In this document: piece after piece, positions 33,055 through 42,800 of the stretch
Numbering within the stretch: the stretch's first letter is position 1
How the letters are laid out: the number at the start of each line of letters is the position of its first letter
Assembly: GCA_038105035.1 (NCBI GenBank)
Contig: JAYOBT010000008.1
Span: forward strand, 1-55,930
Source of the DNA: Candidatus Poseidoniales archaeon
Lineage (GTDB): Archaea; Thermoplasmatota; Poseidoniia; Poseidoniales; Poseidoniaceae
Direction: 5' to 3'
Length of the DNA: 55,930 nucleotides
The notes under the pieces: generated by a model
What the model was told of the DNA's origin: nothing
Database searches by the model: none
What the model saw: the letters and a program-made list of their open reading frames with translations, nothing else
Position numbers and translations under genes: made by a program

Positions 33055-33467
33055 TGGCAGTGAAAATGAGTCACCAGATGAGCAACGAGCAACGATCGCT
33101 TCGAACCAAATTGATTCATCTTGGTGCGAACGAAAACACTGCAAGTGTACTGCTCTGTCTACACCACCACGGGGCCTCGACCTCGAAAGACTTGCAATGC
33201 CATTGCAACATTCGACAACCGGATGTAAGTATGGCAATTGCCGAATTACGTGAAATGAACCTTGTTCATTTTTCTCCACGGACAGAAGCCTCACGTGGCC
33301 GTCCTGCTCACATCTATCGCCTTCGTATGAGCCTTGAACAATCGATTCAGCCTTTCGTCAAGCAAGCAAGGAAACGAGCCAAAGAAATTCTCAACGATGT
33401 TGATGCAATTAGCGAGTTGGTCTCGAAAGTCGAGCCACACCAAAACCGAGAATTCACGGCAGCGTAA
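33054..33467 (+). CDS. Winged-helix transcriptional regulator (archaeal ArsR/TrmB-like)
   Basis: TSKDL....IRQPDVSMAIAELREMNLV...RGRPAHIYRL. Confidence 0.82.
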   Translation: MAVKMSHQMSNEQRSLRTKLIHLGANENTASVLLCLHHHGASTSKDLQCHCNIRQPDVSMAIAELREMNLVHFSPRTEASRGRPAHIYRLRMSLEQSIQPFVKQARKRAKEILNDVDAISELVSKVEPHQNREFTAA

Positions 33468-33759
33468 ACAAGACATCATCTCCATGCCCATCAAGCAGAC
33501 GGAGTTTGACGCCTGCATCAATCCAAGCATGGGCGTAATTGATTGCTCCGAAGGCACGAATAAGATCTCCTTGCTCCATGAAGTACTGTGCATCATTCGC
33601 ATAGTCATCAGCCATCGAAAGCAAGGTGTTGAGCATTGATTCTTGTTCTGGCGTCGACGCAAGAGGTGTGGCTTTCGCCCGAGCCTTCTCTGTAATGGAT
33701 AGATAATGCTTCACGCGTTCAAGTGTGAGGGTTTCATCAGGATTCAGTTGAATCACCAC
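33454..33759 (-). CDS. DUF357 family protein
   Basis: MADDYANDAQYF...GD.IRAFGAINYAHAWIDAGVKL. Start uncertain (GTG near 33759, overlapping the upstream stop). Confidence 0.82.
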   Translation of the reverse strand: MVIQLNPDETLTLERVKHYLSITEKARAKATPLASTPEQESMLNTLLSMADDYANDAQYFMEQGDLIRAFGAINYAHAWIDAGVKLRLLDGHGDDVLFTLP

Positions 33760-34789
33760 CCTTTTGCCTTCGCAAGAGCCGCTGGACATCCTCTTTCCTA
33801 CCCAACGCTTCGTAGAGTTCAATGGCTCGAGACAAGCGTCCTTCATCTTCCGCAGTGAGTGCTCGCTGGAACAATTGACGACGCTCTTCCCATGAACGGG
33901 CTAGTTTAGCATCTGCTGCTTCCTTTCGTCGATGGCGTCGCTGTTCCTCTGCTAGATGAGGAGCTAACCAGCGTCGAATCAACCCATCACGACGACATGT
34001 GACCATTGAATCACGTCCAAGATTGATCAGCATATCTCCGAGTTTCATGCCTTCTCCGACCTTGGTTTCACCGGTTTCAGTGCTCATATGGTCCAAATGC
34101 CCTTCAATGCCGAGCACCCACCAGCCATCACCAGCGCGAGTTGCAACAAGTGGCTCAAGCGATTCAATTTCGATGCGGTCAATCGAATCCCAACCGTAGG
34201 GATGTGGAATTCCGTCCCATAACTGCCCATCTGCGGATTGAAGAAGCATGTGACCCTCATTGAGATGAGAAACCCAACTCCATACGGTCGTATCAACGAC
34301 TCGACGTTTGTCTTGTTGAGCGATTTGACCACAATACACGACTCCGCTTGCATCCTGCCAAAGCAAATGCTCACGGTCAAGCCATCCAATGAGTCGACGA
34401 ACAACACCCGAATGCATGCGCCGTATTCCAACACCATTTGCATCAAAAAGGTGCAGGTTACCATCCCGTCCAGACAAGACCCATCCGCCACCAGGACGGT
34501 TGAGAAGTTGCAAAAAGCCCCCAGGACATGAACGGCCTTCATGGACCATTGAGCCATCAACTGTGTTGAGTAGATAGAAGGCGTGAGCAGCCAAGACCCC
34601 AATCCTCCCATCTGCGTTGCAAATAGCATGAACCTTGAATGGCATACTTCGCTCCCATTGAACCTTGTTTGACTCATCAAACAAGACCAATTCAAGGCCA
34701 TAAGCAACACAAAGATGCCCATTGACCGATTCAATCGCACTCACTCTTGACGGTGCTTGCCAAGACCAACTTACCGACCATGTCATCAT
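33737..34789 (-). CDS. Hypothetical protein, probable beta-propeller with C-terminal helical tail
   Basis: Trp-rich beta-repeat pattern (LFDESNKVQW, GRDGNLHLFD, RRDGLIRRW). ATGA coupling to the upstream gene. Confidence 0.65.
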   Translation of the reverse strand: MMTWSVSWSWQAPSRVSAIESVNGHLCVAYGLELVLFDESNKVQWERSMPFKVHAICNADGRIGVLAAHAFYLLNTVDGSMVHEGRSCPGGFLQLLNRPGGGWVLSGRDGNLHLFDANGVGIRRMHSGVVRRLIGWLDREHLLWQDASGVVYCGQIAQQDKRRVVDTTVWSWVSHLNEGHMLLQSADGQLWDGIPHPYGWDSIDRIEIESLEPLVATRAGDGWWVLGIEGHLDHMSTETGETKVGEGMKLGDMLINLGRDSMVTCRRDGLIRRWLAPHLAEEQRRHRRKEAADAKLARSWEERRQLFQRALTAEDEGRLSRAIELYEALGRKEDVQRLLRRQKGGDSTES

Positions 34790-36504
34790 TCATCACCTCC
34801 AACAATACCCCAAGCAATCAATTGGGCTAACGCACTCCTCGTCAGACCAAACATCCTTGATCGACCAACCATTCGAGCATGTAGGATTCCAGCCTTATGC
34901 AGACGGTTGCAGATTTGAGAAAGACGAGCTCGTTTGATGGAAAGGCGCTCAAGCAGTGCGGCATCTGATGGAGAAATCGTCCGACCCTTTGCTTCGGCAA
35001 CGACAATCGATTCAGATGCAGAAAGTGAACTAAGTACTGCGATACTGAGCACATGCTCTTCCTTCTCTGTCAAACGTGGTCTCGAGATCGCACGGAGTTG
35101 ATCAACGAGATCTTGATTCCCCTCCAATCCCGTTCTTGAGGATTGCAAAACCTGTGTCAACAGATGCGTGAACGTTTCGATGGCATTCATATCGAGATGA
35201 GGCGGCTCGGGCATGTGAATTTCATTTGATTGAACCGAATCCAATGGCTCGTCATAGAACGATTGAGCTTCTTCGATTTCAATTGAATCGACTTCCTTGA
35301 CTTCATCATCCAAGACAGGTGTGGGCTCCTCTGCAGACCAAAATGCAGTACCTTGATCGGTTTCCCTGAACTGGCCTTCAGGAACGGAACTCTTGTCCTC
35401 TATTGCGATAATGTTTCGATTTCGCAATCCTCCAAAAGCACCAACGAAGGGGAGGCTGCGTTCTGTGACATAGGAATCATCTGTAGTCTCCTCTGATTCT
35501 GCCTCAGGCTGTTTCATCGGTTCATCTTCATATTCCTCATCAGGAATTTCGATAGGTTCATCGAGTTTTTCGAAATCAAGATCAAAGCCACTTGCTTCAG
35601 TCATTCCTGGTGTTTGCTCCCATGCCTCCTCTGCCAACTCATCGTCTGATGTTTGAATCTCATCAGCTGGGATTGAAACGTCCTCAACAATTTCTGGCGA
35701 CGAAACGACTTCAGGTGATGGTTCTTCCACAGGGGGCTCATAGGTAGGCTGTGACAATCGACTGCTTGACGTATCTTGGACCCCTGAAACAGCGTTTCGA
35801 AGAACTCGAATCAAAGCACCTGGTTGTCCACTTTGACTCAATTGAAGAAGTCGTTTTGCATCCTCAGTTGACATTTGATATGGTTGAGTAGACACTTTTG
35901 CGATGCGCCTTTCAACCATGGCCTTGATTCCATCTTGTTCCAATTCTGGCATTGTTCGTAGTTCAAAGCGTTGAAGCAATTGTTCAGAGATCAGGGATTG
36001 TTGCTGAGGATTGATAGCGATAATGATCAATGCAGGTAGACTCTCAAAAAAGTGAAGAGATGAGCGTAGACATGCTTCTAGAGAGGAAAAATCGGCCATA
36101 TCTGCATCAATGGTGATGAGAGGTAGCATTTGCCGTGAATCATGGACCATACGACGCAATTCACGGTTTAACTTCGAGTAATCATGAGGTGGTGAACCAT
36201 CAATGAGTTGCGCATACATATCTTTGAGCAGTTCAACACCTGGTTCAGAGAATGCAATCCTGTCAATCTTCAAGTGGAGATTCGTTTTTGAACTCAAACA
36301 TTGCATAAACGATGTTTTTCCAGAGCCAAACTCCCCCACGAGAAGGATACGATTTGCAGATTTGAAGGTGATTTTTCGCTCGAGTTCATCAAACAAGGAA
36401 TGGCGCCCCACCAATAAATCGATTTCATCCTTGTCTAATGGACTGGAGGAAAATGGGTCTTCGCTTAGTGAGGGAAAACCAAAATCGATCGTGTTTCCAT
36501 GCAT
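34786..36504 (-). CDS. AAA+-type P-loop protein with acidic linker and C-terminal winged helix
   Basis: DPF...LLVGR, Walker A GEFGSGKT, degenerate Walker B ITIDAD, long Glu/Asp/Pro linker, LSIKRARLSQICNRLHKAGIL...GRSRMFGLT wHTH. Start set at ATG 36504. Confidence 0.75.
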   Translation of the reverse strand: MHGNTIDFGFPSLSEDPFSSSPLDKDEIDLLVGRHSLFDELERKITFKSANRILLVGEFGSGKTSFMQCLSSKTNLHLKIDRIAFSEPGVELLKDMYAQLIDGSPPHDYSKLNRELRRMVHDSRQMLPLITIDADMADFSSLEACLRSSLHFFESLPALIIIAINPQQQSLISEQLLQRFELRTMPELEQDGIKAMVERRIAKVSTQPYQMSTEDAKRLLQLSQSGQPGALIRVLRNAVSGVQDTSSSRLSQPTYEPPVEEPSPEVVSSPEIVEDVSIPADEIQTSDDELAEEAWEQTPGMTEASGFDLDFEKLDEPIEIPDEEYEDEPMKQPEAESEETTDDSYVTERSLPFVGAFGGLRNRNIIAIEDKSSVPEGQFRETDQGTAFWSAEEPTPVLDDEVKEVDSIEIEEAQSFYDEPLDSVQSNEIHMPEPPHLDMNAIETFTHLLTQVLQSSRTGLEGNQDLVDQLRAISRPRLTEKEEHVLSIAVLSSLSASESIVVAEAKGRTISPSDAALLERLSIKRARLSQICNRLHKAGILHARMVGRSRMFGLTRSALAQLIAWGIVGGDE

Positions 36505-36610
36505 AGCCGACCAACTTTGACCAAGTATATGATATTTCACAGGCTTGAAGCGATTCAGCGACGTGTTATGAAACGTTAATCGATAAGCCAAGCAGGCGTA
36601 TAGTCATAGA

Positions 36611-36665
36611 TTAACGCAAGGTTAACGCAAAAATAACGCGTTAATAGAAGCGTTAAACGCGTTAA
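36611..36665. repeat. Array of TAACGC / GCGTTA direct and inverted repeats
   Basis: TAACGC at 36612, 36623, 36634. GCGTTA at 36638, 36650, 36659. Central palindrome TAACGCGTTA at 36634-36643. Confidence 0.8.
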
Positions 36666-36720
36666 AAACATCCGATTGGTTCATGCATCTCATATCCCTC
36701 GGTCGTTTCGAGGAGAACTC

Positions 36721-38016
36721 ATGCCAGTGGACAATAGCCGCCTCAAAGGCTTCTACAAACTTGATGTCGAGCAACGCCGGCAAATGGTTGCCGAACTTGC
36801 AAATCTGAGTGAAGAGCAGGTCGCAGCTTTGGCTGCAAATGGAGAACTGGATGATGCTTCAGCCGATCGGATGATAGAGAATGTCATCGGAACCATGTCG
36901 CTTCCTGTGGGCGTTGCCACTAATTTCATCGTCGACAAAAAGCACTACATCGTCCCATTTTGCCTTGAAGAGTCGAGTGTTGTAGCCGCGGCATCAAACA
37001 TGGCTAAACGCTGCCACGCAAAAGGTGGATTTACCTCAAACAATGATGGTCCGATGATGATCGCTCAAATACAACTCCTTGATGTAAAGGACCATCAGGC
37101 AGCAATTCAGAGAATTGATGAATGTAAAACTCAATTGATGAATCTTGCAAACAGCCTTCCATCGACGATGATACGTCTTGGAGGAGGTTGTAAGGACATA
37201 ACAACTCGCTCACTTGAGACATTGTCTGGGCCAATGCTCATCGTTCACATCCACGTAGACTGTCGTGATGCGATGGGCGCCAATGCTGTGAATACGATGG
37301 CAGAACTATTGGCGCCTGAATTGGAGAGCATCACATCCGGTCGTTCACTTTTGAGGATTCTTTCAAACCTCGCTACGCAACGACTTGCACGAGTTTCAGC
37401 AACATTTACTCCTGAAGAGATGAGCAATATGGGCGATGTGGACGATGGAAAGAAAATCATCGAAGGAATCCTTGAAGCACATCACTTCGCCATGGCAGAT
37501 CCTTACAGGGCTGCAACTCACAACAAAGGCGTCATGAATGGAATCTCTGCCGTAGCCGTAGCCTGTGGCCAAGATTGGCGTGCTGTAGAAGCAGGATGTC
37601 ATGCATACGTTGCTTACCATCATGGGCGCTACAGTTCAATGACGCACTGGGAGAAGGATGCGGAAGGAAACCTACTCGGTACAATTGAGACACCTATGGC
37701 TGTTGGAATCGTAGGAGGGGCTTCGAAAGTACATCCTGTCGCTCGGGCAAATCTCGAAATTCTAGGTGTTGAGTCTGCCCAAGAGTTGGCTTCAATCATG
37801 GCTGCAGCAGGTCTTGCGCAGAATCTAGGCGCATTGCGAGCCTTAGCAACAAGTGGGATTCAGAAAGGGCACATGCGTCTTCATGCCAAAAACATGGCAG
37901 TGAGTGCTGGAGCCATTGGCGAAGAAATTGAGAAAGTTGCTCAACGATTGATTGCAGAAGAAGGGCCAAAAACGCAAACAAGAGTTGCTGAAATCCTCGA
38001 AGAGATGAGAGAATAA
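36721..38016 (+). CDS. mvaA: Class II (bacterial-type) hydroxymethylglutaryl-CoA reductase
   Basis: NSRLKGFYKL, MIENVIG, EESSVVAA, DAMGAN, RAATHNKG, GIQKGHMRLHA. Confidence 0.94.
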   Translation: MPVDNSRLKGFYKLDVEQRRQMVAELANLSEEQVAALAANGELDDASADRMIENVIGTMSLPVGVATNFIVDKKHYIVPFCLEESSVVAAASNMAKRCHAKGGFTSNNDGPMMIAQIQLLDVKDHQAAIQRIDECKTQLMNLANSLPSTMIRLGGGCKDITTRSLETLSGPMLIVHIHVDCRDAMGANAVNTMAELLAPELESITSGRSLLRILSNLATQRLARVSATFTPEEMSNMGDVDDGKKIIEGILEAHHFAMADPYRAATHNKGVMNGISAVAVACGQDWRAVEAGCHAYVAYHHGRYSSMTHWEKDAEGNLLGTIETPMAVGIVGGASKVHPVARANLEILGVESAQELASIMAAAGLAQNLGALRALATSGIQKGHMRLHAKNMAVSAGAIGEEIEKVAQRLIAEEGPKTQTRVAEILEEMRE

Positions 38017-38616
38017 TCACTCTTCTTCAAGCGGTAATGTCGCTTGGATGAGTCCATCTTCGCCTACATCTTTCAATGCCTCAGAATCCATTCCATCGAA
38101 CAATCCTGCCTCAGAGACCTGTTCTCTGAACCATTTCCGTACTTTTCGAAGATCCGTATGAGGGCATCCAAATGCCTCAGAGAATCGCCTGGTTGTTGTC
38201 AAACGTCGTGTGTTACCATCTCTCCTTCGCATAATCATCCCATACTGAGAGAGCTCACGTACGTAATCGTAGGCCTTCTGACCGAGAAGTTCAACGAGAC
38301 GCGATTGAGGCATAGGCTGGTGATAGGCAATCAATGCCGCCGCTTTGAGGAGTTTCTTTGGCATTTCCGTCTTGGTTTCTTTTGGCAAGTGTTCCGCAAC
38401 ATTTGGGCGTACTTCCATGGCCCATTTCCCGCCGATCTCTACGATTCTTAAGGCTCCACTTCGACGTCGTTTTATCGTGCCTTGAAGAGAAGTAAGAGCC
38501 TCAATAATTTCTTCCTCTTCATATCCAAGCGATTCAGAGAGTTCCTTGATTGAAAGAGACTTACCAGAACCAAATAAGGTAGCCTCAAGGAGCGTTTCTA
38601 ATTCTAGTTCAGACAT
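38017..38616 (-). CDS. scpB: SMC-Scp complex subunit ScpB
   Basis: LEATLFGSGKSLS, ALIAYHQP, LTTTRRFSEAFG. SD GGTGAG before ATG 38616. Confidence 0.9.
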   Translation of the reverse strand: MSELELETLLEATLFGSGKSLSIKELSESLGYEEEEIIEALTSLQGTIKRRRSGALRIVEIGGKWAMEVRPNVAEHLPKETKTEMPKKLLKAAALIAYHQPMPQSRLVELLGQKAYDYVRELSQYGMIMRRRDGNTRRLTTTRRFSEAFGCPHTDLRKVRKWFREQVSEAGLFDGMDSEALKDVGEDGLIQATLPLEEE

Positions 38617-38624
38617 CTTCTCAC

Positions 38625-39815
38625 CTACTCGACCAACCATTCGTGATCGCTTAATTCCATGGCGACTTTTTGCTGTTCTTCTTCAAGCTTCAACCTCGCC
38701 TTTTCTTCTGCAAGACGTGCCTTTTCAGCACGCTCTTGAAGACGTTCTGCATGTAATTCGGAACCAGTCTTGGAATCATCACGTGCAATCTGCGCCTCTT
38801 CATCAGCTTCGAGCGTCGCAGCGAGAACATCCTCAAAGGTCGACAATTGTGGCCAAAGGTCCTCAATCATAATGACATCATTGAGGTTGTTTCCTTGTGT
38901 AATCGAAGCCATTCCCTTGTGCGTAAGGAACAACCCTGCGATGAAGGAACTAACGCGAGCATCGTCATCGTATCCTTCAGGGATGGTACCAAAAGCGGAT
39001 TCTAGGATTGGCACGAGCGTTTGGATAACAGATTTGAGTGGTACATTTTTGCTTCCCATCGCTTGGGTCGTTTGACGCAAGGCGTTCCAACAACGCTCAA
39101 TGTCTCCATCAAGATCTTCGTTGTGCATTCTACCGCCAACGTTTGAAATCATCTCTTCAACTTCAATGGCATGAGCGATGCGGTTCTTTTCTCGTAACTT
39201 CTGTGCATCTGCATCATCAGCGGCATCTTTCAGTGCTGAAAGCAATTCACCGAGGGTCACGGGCCGTCCCTCTTCACGCCGAACACGTTCATCAAAGAGA
39301 TTCTCTAAGACGTCGTCAGCATCTCCTTGCAACACCGTGTTTGTGAAATGAAACTCGTGATCATCGTATTCCGCTTCCCATCCAAAATCAAAACTCGTAT
39401 CCCAATCATCCTCGCCATCTTGATACTGAATTCGATCAAAGAGGTGCGCAGCCTGATAGTTCAGAACTTCCCAAGCCATGCGGATGAGGCGCCCACAAGC
39501 AGGCAAATCCAACTGACTTGCCTGTGATTTGACCCGCTTCATAAATTGTCGCAGAAACGACGTCAAATCGATGTTCCAGGCATCAAGGCCTTCGCTACTT
39601 ACGAGGGAGAGGACGAGAGCAACACTCCTGTCAAATGGGTCCTCAAGTGTCTGATGCTCCGCTTCTTCGGTTTGAGCAATCATGAGGATACGGTCTGCAT
39701 AAGCGTTGATTCCTTCGATGTCGTCGTCCCCGCTTTGCAGGAGTTGATCGATAACATCTTGCCGCAAAAACCACTGGTCGAGTCCTTGCTGCATCATTTC
39801 AAACACCTCATTCAT
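38625..39815 (-). CDS. scpA: ScpA-like kleisin
   Basis: PFD....LVSSEGLDAWNIDL, RPVTLGELLSALK, SSFIAGLFL...G..ITQ. Lies between smc and scpB. Confidence 0.8.
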   Translation of the reverse strand: MNEVFEMMQQGLDQWFLRQDVIDQLLQSGDDDIEGINAYADRILMIAQTEEAEHQTLEDPFDRSVALVLSLVSSEGLDAWNIDLTSFLRQFMKRVKSQASQLDLPACGRLIRMAWEVLNYQAAHLFDRIQYQDGEDDWDTSFDFGWEAEYDDHEFHFTNTVLQGDADDVLENLFDERVRREEGRPVTLGELLSALKDAADDADAQKLREKNRIAHAIEVEEMISNVGGRMHNEDLDGDIERCWNALRQTTQAMGSKNVPLKSVIQTLVPILESAFGTIPEGYDDDARVSSFIAGLFLTHKGMASITQGNNLNDVIMIEDLWPQLSTFEDVLAATLEADEEAQIARDDSKTGSELHAERLQERAEKARLAEEKARLKLEEEQQKVAMELSDHEWLVE

Positions 39816-42800
39816 TCAACTCAATGCTCTCTTCAGAAGCTTCTCCAGTAGATTCATCCAACTCAGATATGGCGTTCGCCAGTGCCGTTCGTTCCTCAAT
39901 GTCCTCATTGGTTTCAGCCGTTCGCTCGGCCAGCGAAGTCATGCTCTCGTCATCTTTCATGTGTTTCAACAATCCACCAAGGCTCTGTGGTGCTGGAAGT
40001 GCATCTGGAACCAAAGGCATCTCTGCAAGTGTTTCTCGCTCTTCCTTGGCACGTTGTTCGTTCTTCGCTGCAGCGGATTCTGCTTCTTTGAGTGCTTGTT
40101 CACCAAGAGCGATGGCTTGCTCTTGGTCAAAGTCAATGATTCGACGACTGCAACCGTCACCACCGTGGGTAATTCCAATGTGATGGTCGGCCAGTTGCAG
40201 AGAGACCTTCCGCAATGTAACCATGATGAATTGAGCCGCCTTGCTCCGCTCTCGACACATCTTTGCAATGCATTCAGCATTGACACTGTCGAGGTTTTGA
40301 TCAACCTCATCGAAGTAATAGAACGGACTTGGGTCGTAGTCTTGAATCGCGAAGATGAGGGCAAGTGCTGCAACCGATTGCTCTCCACCAGACAATTGAT
40401 GTCGAGTTACGTTCGAAGACTTACCTTTGGGTTGGGCCCAGAGCTCAAGACCTCCCTTGAAAGGCTCTTCCTTATTCTCGAGATAGAGTTCTCCGCGACC
40501 ACCATTGCTGAGGGATTTGTAGACTTTCTTGAAATTCTCATTGACTTTTTCAAGCACATTGATCAGGCGCACCTTTCGTTGCTCTTCGAGGCGTTCTGCA
40601 ACATCGATGAGGTGCTTCTTTCGTTCTTGGAGCTTCTTGAAATCCCCAGCCATTTCTGCAAGACGTTGCTCAACAGCATCGTATTGTTCAATGGCCCGCA
40701 TGTTGACGGCTCCGAATTCTTCGAGTCGGCGCTCAAGGCGTCGAATACGGCGGTCGATATCGGCAACAGAGTCGAGTACGGTACCATCCTCTGCAGGTTG
40801 AATGCCAATGGACCCCATTTCCATCTCAACATCGTACAATTCCTTCCGCTTTGCCTGGATGGTTCGCTCAAGTTCAATCGACAGCGTTCGATGACTGCGT
40901 GCCTGATTGGCTTTCTGGGTCAACGTTGAATTGAGACTGGCTCGCTCTTCGACGAGTTCGATGCGCTCATCCTCAAGACCCTTGTTTTCCTCAAGGAATT
41001 GCGCTCGTTCGGCCTCCTTTTCAGCAAGAATCGTCTCATTCTGTTGAACATCACGCTTGAGCGTGGCGACGTTTTCAGTGCGTTCATCGACAGCACGATC
41101 GATCTGTTCTAAGCGTTCTTTTTCGCTTGCAACCGTCGAAGTGAGTAATGTCTTACGTTCTGAAATCGAGTGCAAAGAAACCTCAGCATTGGAACGCATG
41201 CCTTCAGCTTGCGTGCGTTTGACTGTGCATTCGTGAAGACGATCTTTGAGGTGCTGCGGGCTCGCGTCCTCAAGTGCTGACTGAGCACTTGCTCTGAGGA
41301 CCTCCCCATCTGCAACCTTCGATTCTGCCTCATCGAGAGCTTCCAACTGTGAACTTGCCAATCCTTCAAGGCGTTGCAAATCTTCTTTCAAGGCTTGGAC
41401 TTCTCCGATATTCTTCGAGTGAGCCTTCTTGAACGTCGTCACTTCTGCTCGAAGTGTTTCTCTTCGAATTGCTCCGTCTTCATTGGCCAATTCGTTGATC
41501 TGTTGTCGTAGTGAACGCTGTTCTTTACGAACATCAGCAAGTGCTGCTGAAACCGTATCCGACATCAAGCGAAGACGGTCTATTTCCGCACTCAAGCGTT
41601 CAACCTCCTTTGCTCCAGCAATTCCGCCTCCAAAGCTGACGGACATGCGTTGGCGAGAACCGCCAACCATCGCACCTCCAGCCTCTGTCACATCACCACG
41701 CATGGTAACGAGACGAACACCACCCATGTTCTGACGGGCAATATCCATACTTTGAACAATCAACGTGTTGCGTAATGCAAACTTGATGGCCGTGTCGATT
41801 CGCGGATCGTACTCAAGCAATTCATAGGCGAAACCGATGACGCCTGGCTTTCTAGCAACCATCATTGCCTTTCCACCAGCACGGCTCGTCGAGAGTTTAT
41901 TCAACGGAAGGAACGTTGCTCGACCTGCTTTTCGTTGTGCTAGCCAACGTATCGCTTCTGCAGCCACCTCATCCGAATCAACAACAACCGAGGTCATTGC
42001 TCCGCCGAATGCGGTAGCAAGTGCAGTTTCATGTTCCGAATCAATCGGAGCGCACAACTCGGCAATCGTACCAATGATTCCCCTTATCTCACCACGGTCA
42101 CGAGCGCCAAGAATCGCCGCAGCTCCTCCAGCCATACCCTTCGAATTTGATTTGTTCTCCAATTCTGCTCGTGCAGAACGAAGCTGTCGTTCAGTCTCAG
42201 TCATTTTCTTCTCAACGGCTGCAGACTCTTCGAGGAGACGTGATTCAGCACGTTCTGCGTCGAGAATCTCTTGTGTTAACGAAGAACGGTCGACCTTTTT
42301 TCCTGCAGATGCTTCTTTGAACTCAGCTTCCTTTTCTTCAAGTTCCAGTCGGGATTCCTCAGCCGTTTCTTGCGCCTTTGCGAGGTTTGCTTCAACGAGT
42401 TCTGCTTGGGCTGCAGTTCTGTCGACATCAGATTGTGCGGAAGCAACGGCCTGCTTTGCTGTCTCAAGTTGTTGGATAGCGTCGCTCAAGGCTCGATTAA
42501 GTTCGGCGTGATTCTTTCCTGAGCCCTCGAGAAGAGCCCTAACCTTGTCTTCCTCAGTCTGGGCTTCTTCCAAGAGTCTTTGCGCTTCAGCCATTTGTGC
42601 TTTGCTTGATTGTACCTCTTCAAGGAGTGCTGCCAAAGCGGCTTCTGCTTCTTTGTAGCGATCAAGCACCTGTTCACGCTCTTGAGCATCATCGATGTTC
42701 GCCTGCACTGAATCTTCGATTCGATCTTTGTCACGATCAATTTGAACTCGCAGATCATGGATTGCTTGGGATAAGCCATCGCCTTCATCGCCGAGGAGTG

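Noticed and set aside
39961-40929. 322-aa plus-strand ORF
   Set aside because: Antisense shadow of smc.
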